IMG/VR virus record: IMGVR_UViG_3300022562_001204
Location: 142,551-206,550 of that record
Origin: a virus
Taxonomy: Duplodnaviria; Heunggongvirae; Uroviricota; Caudoviricetes
Reading direction: 5' to 3' (one strand)
DNA length: 64,000 nt
Under the pieces are notes generated by a model. The model was not told where the DNA came from. It was given only the letters and a program-made list of their open reading frames with translations, and did not search any database. Of this stretch, positions 10,001-17,616 are shown one piece after another; the stretch's first letter is position 1, and every line of letters starts with the position of its first letter. The position numbers and the translations under genes are program-made.

Positions 10001-11673
10001 CTCACAACGACGAAGGACCATATCGACCGAACGCCATTCAGCATGGCTAGGCTGTCTGTCGCGTTCAGTGACAGATAGTCGTCAGTACCATCGAACCTTA
10101 CCGCGTCCTCGTCATTCAACGCTGCTGAGAGGACGGATGGTTGATTGGCAGCACCCGTAATGCTGGCTGCGCCGCCGATAGGTCCACGATCACTCCAGCT
10201 GGATACCAAAGACCCCGAAGAGATAGTCTTGCTAGACTGGTGGTCCAGCAGGAACGCCAGATTACGGACAGATAGAATCGGATCCCATTTGTCATTGATA
10301 CGAACCAGGCAGAGGTCCTTATCGCCTACTGCCGCAGACCCGCCCGTGGTGAGTTTGAAGTAGAAACTCTTGGGGAACCCCTCGGTCAGGTAGAGGGGGA
10401 CTTTGACCAACTTATCGGCGCTGTCCAGGTCGTCCCAACTTAGCGTACTGGCGACACCTAGGTAATCAGTACCCAGTTCAGCCGTGTTATCGATGAATGT
10501 GTAGCCTACGTTCAGGGCAGAGGTGTTCCCGTCAATGCGCTGAACCCTGATCGTGGCATACTGTCCAGCCACATCCAGTTCAGAGAACTGGAGCTCGACA
10601 TACCCAGCGCTACCAGTGACAGCATCGACAGGATCGCTAGAGAGATAGGTGAAGGCATCCCCGAGCGGCAAAACCACGTACCGATAGGTCGTGTCTGCCA
10701 ACAAACCGGTAGCGTAGTACGTTGCGGCAGTGACCGTCGTCACGACGGTCATGCTGGTACACCCACCCCCGACACACATGGAGATCTGGTACGAAGAGGC
10801 ACCCTGAATAACGTTCCAGGTCAGAGTTGCCGCCGTGCCCGATACGGTCACTGCGACCGTAGGCTGGACGATGACCGGCGGGGTCATGATGTTGACTTTG
10901 TTACTCTGAGGGTACTCCAAAGTCCCTTGTACGGGGACGATGTAAAAGTAGTACGTGGTGTACCCATTCAGCCCGGTAACTGTATAGGCCCCCGTGACGT
11001 CATCTGACAGGGTGATTAGACCGTAGTCCAGATAGGTCGTCCCATTCGTGCTGTAGTACAGCTCGTACGTGGTTATACCAGACACGGGTGTCCAGGTCAG
11101 GGCGATATCCTGAGAGTCGTTAGCGACCAGAGCCGCTTCGAGATCCAAGATCTCAGCATCCTCATGGCAATACACCACCGACAGACTCTCGCCCAGAGTG
11201 TCCCCGTCGTAGGTGACGGCGCAAGTCAAGCCGATGAGACCGGCGCCTGACGTGGCTGCTAGGTCATCTTTCAATGACTGAAGCGAGGCGGAGATACTGC
11301 TCAGGGAGCTCACGATGTCTGAGAATGCCGTATAAGGCAGAGAAATGTTTCCATCAGTATCGACTGTCTGACCGTTGACGGAGGAGATACTGGTGTCCAT
11401 CTGCATGACACCATAAGTCGTCCAGGTCGACGAACCGGTCTTTTGGTAGACCGTAGCGGTCACCAGGTTCATGAACCAGTCGTCGATGGTCCCCTCACTC
11501 TCAGTAGGATCACGTTCTTCGACGATCCAGGTATTTCCATTGATGAGGTCATACAGTGCAACAGGCAGAACCCTACGGTTCTGGTTGTAACTGCTGGTCT
11601 GCGAAAGGTCCACGAGGGGGAGTGACTCGTTGCCCGACAGACTGGCTTTTAGTGTAAGATCCGATATTTTCAT
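7087..11673 (-). CDS. Large tail fibre/adhesin-like virion protein (1528 aa): MKIS module, FN3 repeats, Calx-beta and several LamG-like domains
   Basis: FN3-like LTWTPVSGITTYELYYS and CVGGGC; Calx-beta-like ATIRVQRIDG...GTDY; LamG-like WYHMALVQD, WYHIEFSRD. Confidence 0.75.
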   Translation of the reverse strand: MKISDLTLKASLSGNESLPLVDLSQTSSYNQNRRVLPVALYDLINGNTWIVEERDPTESEGTIDDWFMNLVTATVYQKTGSSTWTTYGVMQMDTSISSVNGQTVDTDGNISLPYTAFSDIVSSLSSISASLQSLKDDLAATSGAGLIGLTCAVTYDGDTLGESLSVVYCHEDAEILDLEAALVANDSQDIALTWTPVSGITTYELYYSTNGTTYLDYGLITLSDDVTGAYTVTGLNGYTTYYFYIVPVQGTLEYPQSNKVNIMTPPVIVQPTVAVTVSGTAATLTWNVIQGASSYQISMCVGGGCTSMTVVTTVTAATYYATGLLADTTYRYVVLPLGDAFTYLSSDPVDAVTGSAGYVELQFSELDVAGQYATIRVQRIDGNTSALNVGYTFIDNTAELGTDYLGVASTLSWDDLDSADKLVKVPLYLTEGFPKSFYFKLTTGGSAAVGDKDLCLVRINDKWDPILSVRNLAFLLDHQSSKTISSGSLVSSWSDRGPIGGAASITGAANQPSVLSAALNDEDAVRFDGTDDYLSLNATDSLAMLNGVRSIWSFVVVRNLGTAVKETGVIQPRVTTTSGRYVTYYEVTSSADLIGLHYRFSDSDGAYTELQPQVDVGTDWIIVLTEVNTAAGIANFWLNGMLSVSTTTVSSTWPATNIIDYQFARLGSSTYSQIDLMAASMGAGLELLGHDRQRMIGYAADSYQLYDNLPTSHLFKDNAPWQDPYWEIVRSLLRTDGYTSGTTIFDEVNDSWTLIGTATTSRVKTYFGNGSVYLPNGAAGIFFPTDSGLTLGSTDQRTIEMHFNLTTIGAEQTLWTRAPYQSNQDDDGWRLYVTNTGLLHLTVYGAANSGDVILDVEGTTAIVADTWYHMALVQDELNFTLYIEGQVYLTGTMTGENFDNGEGFRIGSAGDGTLTVGYFENFRDSLGKARYSDVFQPPIAPYPVGTPASISTFEFDEPDYTLVGTSTTATVVRTQVEADRSIDVSSTTGYLVGSGDPYSECLASIFEWTSATTQTEITDKTGIDWTLVGTTAINPGGILTGLRLTGSGYATTAFTSAWNLSASSRYSIDIDITPTELNSASTYCLFSAMATSTTTPAGFQLLIVKNRPTVRIWNSSGTLIHDSSTVATYTGSPTLTVGVRSHLAFCQNTRDIQIYKDGTLIYSSDVSDSVIPAASIISVGADPRSPISKYFKGSIFAFRATIGACRYHENFVPPAGNARPGDPYFDSVKSLIRTMDESAYVIDDLGNSWTVGSTLRKFYVDTGPSRFELNLDGTADSVCTASMVAPGTGAFTLDAWVKPTVGTNGGVFGFAQPTLYAQRAVMQIVTTDGVMTARGILQGDDGTAYYTSTGVVQSIPLQSGEWYHIEFSRDDTGNLYFFVDGQLSHYVAMATQPNVSGTVLKIGYLYNNSTERYYEGSMTQMRYTQGVCRHTAEFHAFFRPLPLLVGEYTEMLQTLTFSEDQLSQDVSVEVVADPAAGSRFTLGLLNPGWRCAVGGVDTTLLTNLDALTADSDTVTADTTEHTADESNV

Positions 11674-11726
11674 AGGGCACCGAGACCGGTTAAGCCACAG
11701 AAGTGTTCATTGGATACCCGCCATAC

Positions 11727-11762
11727 TGACAGGAGAGACGGGATATCCCGTCTCTCCTGTCA
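11727..11762. repeat. Perfect 36-bp palindrome (hairpin family)
   Basis: TGACAGGAGAGACGGGAT|ATCCCGTCTCTCCTGTCA. Confidence 0.85.
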
Positions 11763-11766
11763 TGAC

Positions 11767-12270
11767 TCACGTGTAGACCTGCTTCAACGCGTATCCCACC
11801 GTACCTTCCGCATAATCGGTAGTTGAATCGAATCCGATCAGACTGGCGCCGTCGGTCGCCAAGAGTGCCGTCTTGTAATCATCGATGAGTGTCTGAAGTG
11901 CCGTCAGTTGGTCCTGAAGCCCGGTGATGTTCGAAATGGTCAGTGTCACAGCGCCAGCGGAGTCCGGCTGTACAGAGTTGACTGACTTGACCAGGCCCTG
12001 GATACCTGAGAGGGTACCTTTACTGGTCCAGGTTCCGGACACATTCTGGTAGACGACTCGGGTACTCAGGACAATCGCGACATCACCATCGACACCCTGG
12101 GTAGTCGGCGCCGCCGACAGGATGAACCATTGCGCTCCATCGACACCCTGAAGCTCAGACACAGCGATCGCTTTGTTTCGATCAGCGGCTTCGGATTCGC
12201 TGGGGTCATAGATGGGTACCAGCTCGTCACCCGTCAAGGTTGTCTTGACGGTCATGTCCGAAATCTTCAT
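11767..12270 (-). CDS. Short paralog consisting only of the MKIS N-terminal module (167 aa)
   Basis: MKISDMTVKTTLTGDELVPIYD...SVNSVQPDSAGAVTL...LATDGASLIG aligns with the N-termini of 7087..11673 and 1..2511. Confidence 0.8.
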   Translation of the reverse strand: MKISDMTVKTTLTGDELVPIYDPSESEAADRNKAIAVSELQGVDGAQWFILSAAPTTQGVDGDVAIVLSTRVVYQNVSGTWTSKGTLSGIQGLVKSVNSVQPDSAGAVTLTISNITGLQDQLTALQTLIDDYKTALLATDGASLIGFDSTTDYAEGTVGYALKQVYT

Positions 12271-12311
12271 AGCAGCCTCAATAGGGAATAAAGGGAGTCA
12301 CTGGATACTGA

Positions 12312-13727
12312 CTAGGTAGGATCGGGTATCCACTCAAAGGCGCTGACCCGCTGATCTGGCTCTATGCTGAGTAGTTGGTCTGGTGTATAAGCCGTCCAGT
12401 CCTCTACCTTGTAAATGATCAACCAGGGGTCTGCGCTCTGACCGACCATCAGGTACGCCCCGTCCGGTGTGAAGGAACACCCTCGACTCAAGACGGGTTC
12501 GGTGCTCGGTGTGGACAAGTAGGACCAGTCGCTGGCTTGGAATACCGTGAGGTACGGGGCATTTTCGCTTACAACAGCCAGGAGTGTGCTATCGGGAGAC
12601 CAGGCCAGTCCATACACCTGCCCCAAGTCACCACCAGGCCCTGAACTGAGTCTGGTTCGGCTAAGTGACGGAACAGGATAAATGGTGACGGTACCTTTGG
12701 TACCGACAGCAATCCAATTCCCGTCAGGTGAGTTACGGACGTCCATGACATACTCGGGATCCGGGTTGTTCCCCGGGGGACTGCCAGGATTCTCGAACTC
12801 CCAGCTAGAAACCTGCCACCTCAGGAAACAATACTCCTGACTTCCATAGAACCCCAAACAAAGATAGCTGCCGTCAGCTGACCAGTCAACAACATAAGCG
12901 GGAGTTTCGTCTCCGAGTTCGTATTCAAAGACCACGGACCAGTCCGTGTAATCGTAAACCCGCAGTCCAGCTATCCCAGCTCCAGTGTTCTCTACTGAAG
13001 CGACGGCGAAGTACGTGTCGGTCGGACTGAACGCAACGCCATACCGTGTACCCAGGCTAGCTTCTGGGATGGTGATCGTTGTAATTTCGGTCAGTGTGTA
13101 ACCACTGATGGTGTAAAATGAGATGTCGGTATACGTACTGACCGCCAGCATCGTGTGTTCTTTGTTGACTGACAGGCCCCGACGGTTGGTCGCTTGACCT
13201 GATGTCAGAACGTTTTGCTGCTCGAACCCAGGGTAGTCGTAATACCGAACGTTGTTTGAGGCAGCTGCTTCCTGCCCCATAAAGAACGCATACGTGACAT
13301 CGCCGCCAGTGTCGCCACCACCCGAGTCATCATCGTCGAGGTCAACACCTTCATTCTGGTAACGTTCCAGAACCGGGAAGACTCTCGGAAGAATGGCGAT
13401 ACTGACCCAGGTCTCCCCAGATTCACCAGCTGACGTCCCCTGAAGCATTTCTTGGCGATAGGGGTGAATGTCCCCAACTTCTTTGAACCCGAGGACGTGC
13501 ATCCGAAGACTGACGGTCTTGCCACCCGTGGTGTCATACACCTCAAACCCATATTTGCAACCCGGACGTGGGGAGATGAATCGATAACTTATCGTGGTTT
13601 CATCCAGTTGGATCCTCTGATAGAGGTAGAAATAGAGAACCATGAGCTTGGCCAGCTCGTCGGTCTCAAAGGTGGGAATCAAAGATTGTGAGATCATGGG
13701 CCGTCCTGGTGGCGAAGCAGTGTCCAA
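12312..13727 (-). CDS. WD40-like beta-propeller protein with an N-terminal domain and an acidic/Gly linker
   Basis: Repeated blades VAFSPTDTYFAV, VDWSADGSYLCLG, VRNSPDGNWIAVG, LAWSPDSTLLAV, CSFTPDGAYLMVG. Confidence 0.75.
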   Translation of the reverse strand: MDTASPPGRPMISQSLIPTFETDELAKLMVLYFYLYQRIQLDETTISYRFISPRPGCKYGFEVYDTTGGKTVSLRMHVLGFKEVGDIHPYRQEMLQGTSAGESGETWVSIAILPRVFPVLERYQNEGVDLDDDDSGGGDTGGDVTYAFFMGQEAAASNNVRYYDYPGFEQQNVLTSGQATNRRGLSVNKEHTMLAVSTYTDISFYTISGYTLTEITTITIPEASLGTRYGVAFSPTDTYFAVASVENTGAGIAGLRVYDYTDWSVVFEYELGDETPAYVVDWSADGSYLCLGFYGSQEYCFLRWQVSSWEFENPGSPPGNNPDPEYVMDVRNSPDGNWIAVGTKGTVTIYPVPSLSRTRLSSGPGGDLGQVYGLAWSPDSTLLAVVSENAPYLTVFQASDWSYLSTPSTEPVLSRGCSFTPDGAYLMVGQSADPWLIIYKVEDWTAYTPDQLLSIEPDQRVSAFEWIPDPT

Positions 13728-13770
13728 ATCATGCGCGACATATTTAAGACAAAAAGAAAAGAGGAAGACG

Positions 13771-13808
13771 GTCTCTCCCCAGGTAGTCCGGGGAGAGACT
13801 CTATGTCA
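13771..13808. terminator. Intergenic hairpin with a minus-strand T-tract
   Basis: GTCTCTCCCC...GGGGAGAGAC then TCTATGTCA. Confidence 0.7.
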
Positions 13809-14396
13809 TAGCTCATTCACAATCCCGAAGGCTACCCGCCATAGGGAGAGATCGCCATCAGTGAGGATCTCAAGGATTTCCCGCTTCTCACGGAAGTATA
13901 CCTCGGCAAACTTGGGATCCTGGCGTTTGAGCAGCCTGGTATTGTCAATGATGTCTGCCAGCTTGACGGTCTTGGCACGTTTGGAAATACCTGCCAGTCG
14001 TGCTTTTATATATGAGTGACGGATACTCCTGCGGAGTAAGCGGAGCTCTGGAGGGTCGGTCAGTTCCTCGATGAGATTCGCTGCATCAGACCCTAGGAGA
14101 CACTCTAGTTCCTGAGCAGTGATACTCGTGTTCTCCAGCAAATCATGTCCCCAGGCCGCCGCCAGCATGGCGTTATCATGTCGGACAGACCGAACAATCG
14201 AGGCCACCCTTCGAGGATGGTCAATATAAGGAGTGTTCTCGTAGCGACGAGTCTCTCCATCATGCGCAATGAAGGACAGCTTGAGAGCCTCTCTCTCGAG
14301 AGGACTAATACGTTCCGGCCCGCCGTTCAATTGGAAGAGATTCTCCACGACAGCGTCGGTTAACCGGTTTCGTCGGTGTTCCAACTGTAGCAACAT
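13806..14396 (-). CDS. HD-domain hydrolase, RelA/SpoT-hydrolase (Mesh1/SAH)-like
   Basis: AHDGETRR...PYIDHPRRVA...AAWGHDLLENT...VKLADIIDN. Start moved to ATG 14396 to avoid overlap with the + strand gene. Confidence 0.8.
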   Translation of the reverse strand: MLLQLEHRRNRLTDAVVENLFQLNGGPERISPLEREALKLSFIAHDGETRRYENTPYIDHPRRVASIVRSVRHDNAMLAAAWGHDLLENTSITAQELECLLGSDAANLIEELTDPPELRLLRRSIRHSYIKARLAGISKRAKTVKLADIIDNTRLLKRQDPKFAEVYFREKREILEILTDGDLSLWRVAFGIVNEL

Positions 14397-14423
14397 GGCC
14401 AAACCCCTAAGGAATTCATCAGA

Positions 14424-14799
14424 TTGAACGCGACCAGCTATTTCATCCTGGGCCTTTCTCCTGAGACACGGTACCACATTCCGGTACTCTTCCTGCTCCT
14501 GCTGGTCTGTCACTTCTTGACAGACTTCCTGTTCCAGGGAGACTTCATTGCCAAAGAAAAGAGTCTCTGGGGTATGCCCTGGAGTACCCTGGTGGCTATT
14601 CATGGGTTACCACGGGTTCTTTCATGGGGCTTTGGTCTTCATGGTGACGGGAAATTGGTTGTTCTTGCTTATTGAATGGGTTTCGCACGCGACCATTGAC
14701 TGGTACAAGTGCAAGGGACGAATCAGTTTCATGGAAGATCAAGCACTCCACCTCCTTTTGAAGGTGGTCTACGCCGCGAGTTTCCTGATTACGCTGTAG
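14424..14799 (+). pseudogene. DUF3307-like membrane protein split across two frames near 14553-14563
   Basis: Frame 1 gives CHFLTDFLFQGDFIAKEK; frame 2 gives PGVPW...HGFFHG...HATIDWYKCKGRISFMEDQALH. These are the two halves of one family pattern. Confidence 0.7.
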
Positions 14800-14807
14800 G
14801 GAGTATC

Positions 14808-15092
14808 ATGAGTCAGCTATCGCTGTTGCCTGATGAACCTGGTTTCACCATGACTGTCCGTCCGCCCACGGAGGTGTTGAGAGACTCGCTGACGCGACAT
14901 CTCGCCTCGGAATCTGGGCACTTTGACGGTCGTGAAGCTGAGATGGACCGACCATTACCCATGCTGGAGAACCAGCCCGCTTACTGCGCATGGTCCGGTA
15001 AAGCCGACCGCATCATGGCCGTCGTGAACAACACGCTTCGAATGTACTGCAATGCCACGCTGGACGAGCTGGTCAGAAACTCGTCAGAATAA
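14808..15092 (+). CDS. Hypothetical protein
   Basis: AGGGAG SD before ATG 14808; ends at hairpin 15097. Confidence 0.6.
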   Translation: MSQLSLLPDEPGFTMTVRPPTEVLRDSLTRHLASESGHFDGREAEMDRPLPMLENQPAYCAWSGKADRIMAVVNNTLRMYCNATLDELVRNSSE

Positions 15093-15096
15093 GACC

Positions 15097-15136
15097 TAGG
15101 AGAGAGCCCCATCAGGGGCTCTCTCCTATGCCGTCA
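15097..15136. terminator. Hairpin between convergent genes with a TATGCCGTCA flank
   Basis: TAGGAGAGAGCCC...GGGCTCTCTCCTA-TGCCGTCA. Confidence 0.75.
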
Positions 15137-15631
15137 CTCATGGTAGGTCAGGACACTCTCGAGCATTGCGGACAGTTCTGAACGAGCCTCCCAGTCATTC
15201 GTCTCAGAATTCTTCGGGATCGAGTCAAAGGTCGTCTTGTGGTCCCTCATCCACTTACGGAGTTCTGTGACGTCAGCTGTATAGAACGGAGGCCGCTCCA
15301 TACCCGTCGAAGCGTAGGCTTCTTTATAGATGGTCTCCGCTTCATCGTAGATCATCAGACCGGCGGAGGCTGTTTCTTCTAGGGCAGAGGTCGTCGCTCG
15401 GCACCATTTGGCACGAGGGCCAGTTGGAATCACCGCTGAGTAGAGGTGGTTATCCATACAGGCGATCTCCACAACGGATTCATCCCCCACGACTCGTACA
15501 GCATAAGGTCCTGGACCGTTCGTTGAGAGATGGACCTCCAAGTCCCTGTCCGAAATGACGGTACCCGGTAACACCGCCCGACCCACTTCCCTGAGAGGGA
15601 TCACGAAAATATTGGCGTCATCCGACAGCAT
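15134..15631 (-). CDS. Hypothetical protein
   Basis: Start moved to ATG 15631 (GAGG SD); stop codon is part of the hairpin flank. Confidence 0.65.
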   Translation of the reverse strand: MLSDDANIFVIPLREVGRAVLPGTVISDRDLEVHLSTNGPGPYAVRVVGDESVVEIACMDNHLYSAVIPTGPRAKWCRATTSALEETASAGLMIYDEAETIYKEAYASTGMERPPFYTADVTELRKWMRDHKTTFDSIPKNSETNDWEARSELSAMLESVLTYHE

Positions 15632-16325
15632 GTCCTCGAGCCCGAGAAACGACGGGTTTCCGTTTCTTTTGTACACGACCGTCGAGAAGGCTATCGTTCC
15701 GCTTGCGAGGACGACGAGGTTTTGCCCGTAATAGTACATTGTAGGCTTCCTGGGTGCTCTCGAGACTGACTTCGTCGTAGGCTCGACTACAGAGGGTGGT
15801 GCCGGTGGCGACTAGTTCGTGGATCTTTTTCCGACTCAGAGGCGGCGTGGCGCGGCAAAATACTGAAGCGAAGTTACTGCCAGCGCCGTGGACAATGGTG
15901 GTGTCAATATGTCGTTCACAGAACCCCATGGCGGCTTCTTCGGGATCTTGGTTGTCTGGGATCTGCCAGGTAAACACCCGCCCCGCCACCATGAAGATGT
16001 AGGAGGAGCCTGACGTGGTCGTCTGAAGATGGTACTTCGTCAGGATGGTGCAGATCCCAGACACCTTGGTGAGGGTACTGAATTCGTCGCCATCAACGAC
16101 AGGAGCTTCGCCGTCCAGGGGGAGGACGAAGGTCTTGAGCGCCGTTTCGATCTTCTTCCAAATATCGGGGTGAGGTAAGAATCCCGTGCTGACCCCAACA
16201 AACATGCCGTCCTCGGATCTGTAGATCTTACAGACCTTTTCGAAGGGACTGTTAGTATGCTCCCCATTGTAGATGACGGAGCGATCGGCACTGAGTAGCC
16301 GCTTATGGTAAATGAGTACGGTCAT
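15618..16325 (-). CDS. Putative Ntn-hydrolase (HslV/proteasome-beta-like) protein
   Basis: MTVLIYHKRLLSADRS...KI (N-terminal Thr, xADS/R motif) and a later GAGSNFA; basic C-terminal tail. Confidence 0.55.
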   Translation of the reverse strand: MTVLIYHKRLLSADRSVIYNGEHTNSPFEKVCKIYRSEDGMFVGVSTGFLPHPDIWKKIETALKTFVLPLDGEAPVVDGDEFSTLTKVSGICTILTKYHLQTTTSGSSYIFMVAGRVFTWQIPDNQDPEEAAMGFCERHIDTTIVHGAGSNFASVFCRATPPLSRKKIHELVATGTTLCSRAYDEVSLESTQEAYNVLLRAKPRRPRKRNDSLLDGRVQKKRKPVVSRARGHAVG

Positions 16326-16334
16326 GAGACCTCC

Positions 16335-16376
16335 GACAGCATAGACGGATACCCGGATAGTCCGGGTATCCGTCTA
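16335..16376. terminator. Hairpin with a GACAGCATA flank
   Basis: TAGACGGATACCCGGA-tag-TCCGGGTATCCGTCTA. Confidence 0.7.
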
Positions 16377-16380
16377 GTGT

Positions 16381-16821
16381 TTAGAAGTGGGGACGCGGAT
16401 TCTGCATGCAGCCCTGGCGACTTTCCACCTTGGAGACCGCTTTCTTGTCGGGCGTGACCGACGTAGTGGGTTTGGTTTCCAGCACGGCCGGGGTTTCAGC
16501 TGCGGATGGACCGTCGCCGGGAGCGACACCTTCGGCATAGGCGTACAACGAGGCGCCGTCACCGACCAGTTTCTTGCTGATGGCCACCACCACCTCGGAC
16601 CCCTTGGGTCCGGCCTGGACATACTGCTGTTGGGTGATGTCACTCAGGGTGTAGGTCTTGCTGCCACACTCCACGGTCAGGATGAACTCGTCATCCGACA
16701 GGAGGTTTTCCTTCTGCATGCGGGAAACGATGCGCGCCACCTTGTAGGTACGCTGCTTCGAGGAGAGGGTATCGAAGTCCAGCTGCGAGCCGTCTTCGAA
16801 GCGGATGAAGGTCTTGCCCAT
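16381..16821 (-). CDS. Hypothetical protein
   Basis: TATATAAAGGAG leader before ATG 16821. Confidence 0.7.
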   Translation of the reverse strand: MGKTFIRFEDGSQLDFDTLSSKQRTYKVARIVSRMQKENLLSDDEFILTVECGSKTYTLSDITQQQYVQAGPKGSEVVVAISKKLVGDGASLYAYAEGVAPGDGPSAAETPAVLETKPTTSVTPDKKAVSKVESRQGCMQNPRPHF

Positions 16822-16852
16822 GGGAGTCACTCCTTTATATACAACCGGTTGT

Positions 16853-17599
16853 TTACAGCGTGCTGCGGACGTTCGTGATATCCGCAGTGATGAACTTCAC
16901 GATCATGCTCGACCAGTTCTCGTACTCGTCGAGCGTGGCGAGGATCTCGTTCAGGGGTACCCAGCCGATGGTGATGAGATGCTCGTCCGCCACGATGAGT
17001 TCGACGGTCTCGTCGAGCTGATAGAAGCGAGAGAAGCCCAGATGGGCGCGACCCACGTCATTGGAGTCGTCACGAACCATCATCACCGTCCCTGTTCCCT
17101 CCGGAACAAACTCCACGCCATCGGAGGACATCAGGATGATCTCTTCGGAAGTTTCCCGATCAAAGCCGGATTCTAGCGTGCGCTGGAAGTCCAAAACCCA
17201 GGAAGCCTCATCCACGCCCGGAATACCTTCCAGGTAATCAGCGTCATCCAGCTCGATGTGGCCGCCAAAGCCGAAGGACTTCTTGCCGACCAGCCGGGAC
17301 TCGCCCACGCCCTTGCTGCGCTGATAGACGAAGATCTCCGTGCTCTCGTCCTCACCACGAACGAAGACGTTGTAGTTGACGATCTGTCGGAAGGTCATCA
17401 GCTTATTGCAGACCCAGCGAGGCAGGAATGAGCCGGTGCACTGGAGTTCGGCACAGACGGCGTCATAATCACGAACCGTGACGCCCTCAGGGATCAATGC
17501 ATCGGAGAACTCCGTGGGAACCGTCAGCACCAATTCGTGGTGTTTCGGGAAATCCTGGAGGGCCTGCATTCGCATGTCGTTGTACATGGATGTGGACAT
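16853..17599 (-). CDS. NUDIX-like phosphoesterase (YmaB-type)
   Basis: FRQIVNY...YQRSKGVGESRLVGKKSFGFGGHIE...RETSEEI...DVGRAHLG. Confidence 0.65.
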   Translation of the reverse strand: MSTSMYNDMRMQALQDFPKHHELVLTVPTEFSDALIPEGVTVRDYDAVCAELQCTGSFLPRWVCNKLMTFRQIVNYNVFVRGEDESTEIFVYQRSKGVGESRLVGKKSFGFGGHIELDDADYLEGIPGVDEASWVLDFQRTLESGFDRETSEEIILMSSDGVEFVPEGTGTVMMVRDDSNDVGRAHLGFSRFYQLDETVELIVADEHLITIGWVPLNEILATLDEYENWSSMIVKFITADITNVRSTL

Positions 17600-17616
17600 G
17601 GGTCTGGTCCTTGTGT

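Noticed and set aside
14397-14603. N-terminal extension of the HD protein in the ORF track
   Set aside because: Overlaps the + strand DUF3307-like gene in antisense; ATG 14396 is the more plausible start.
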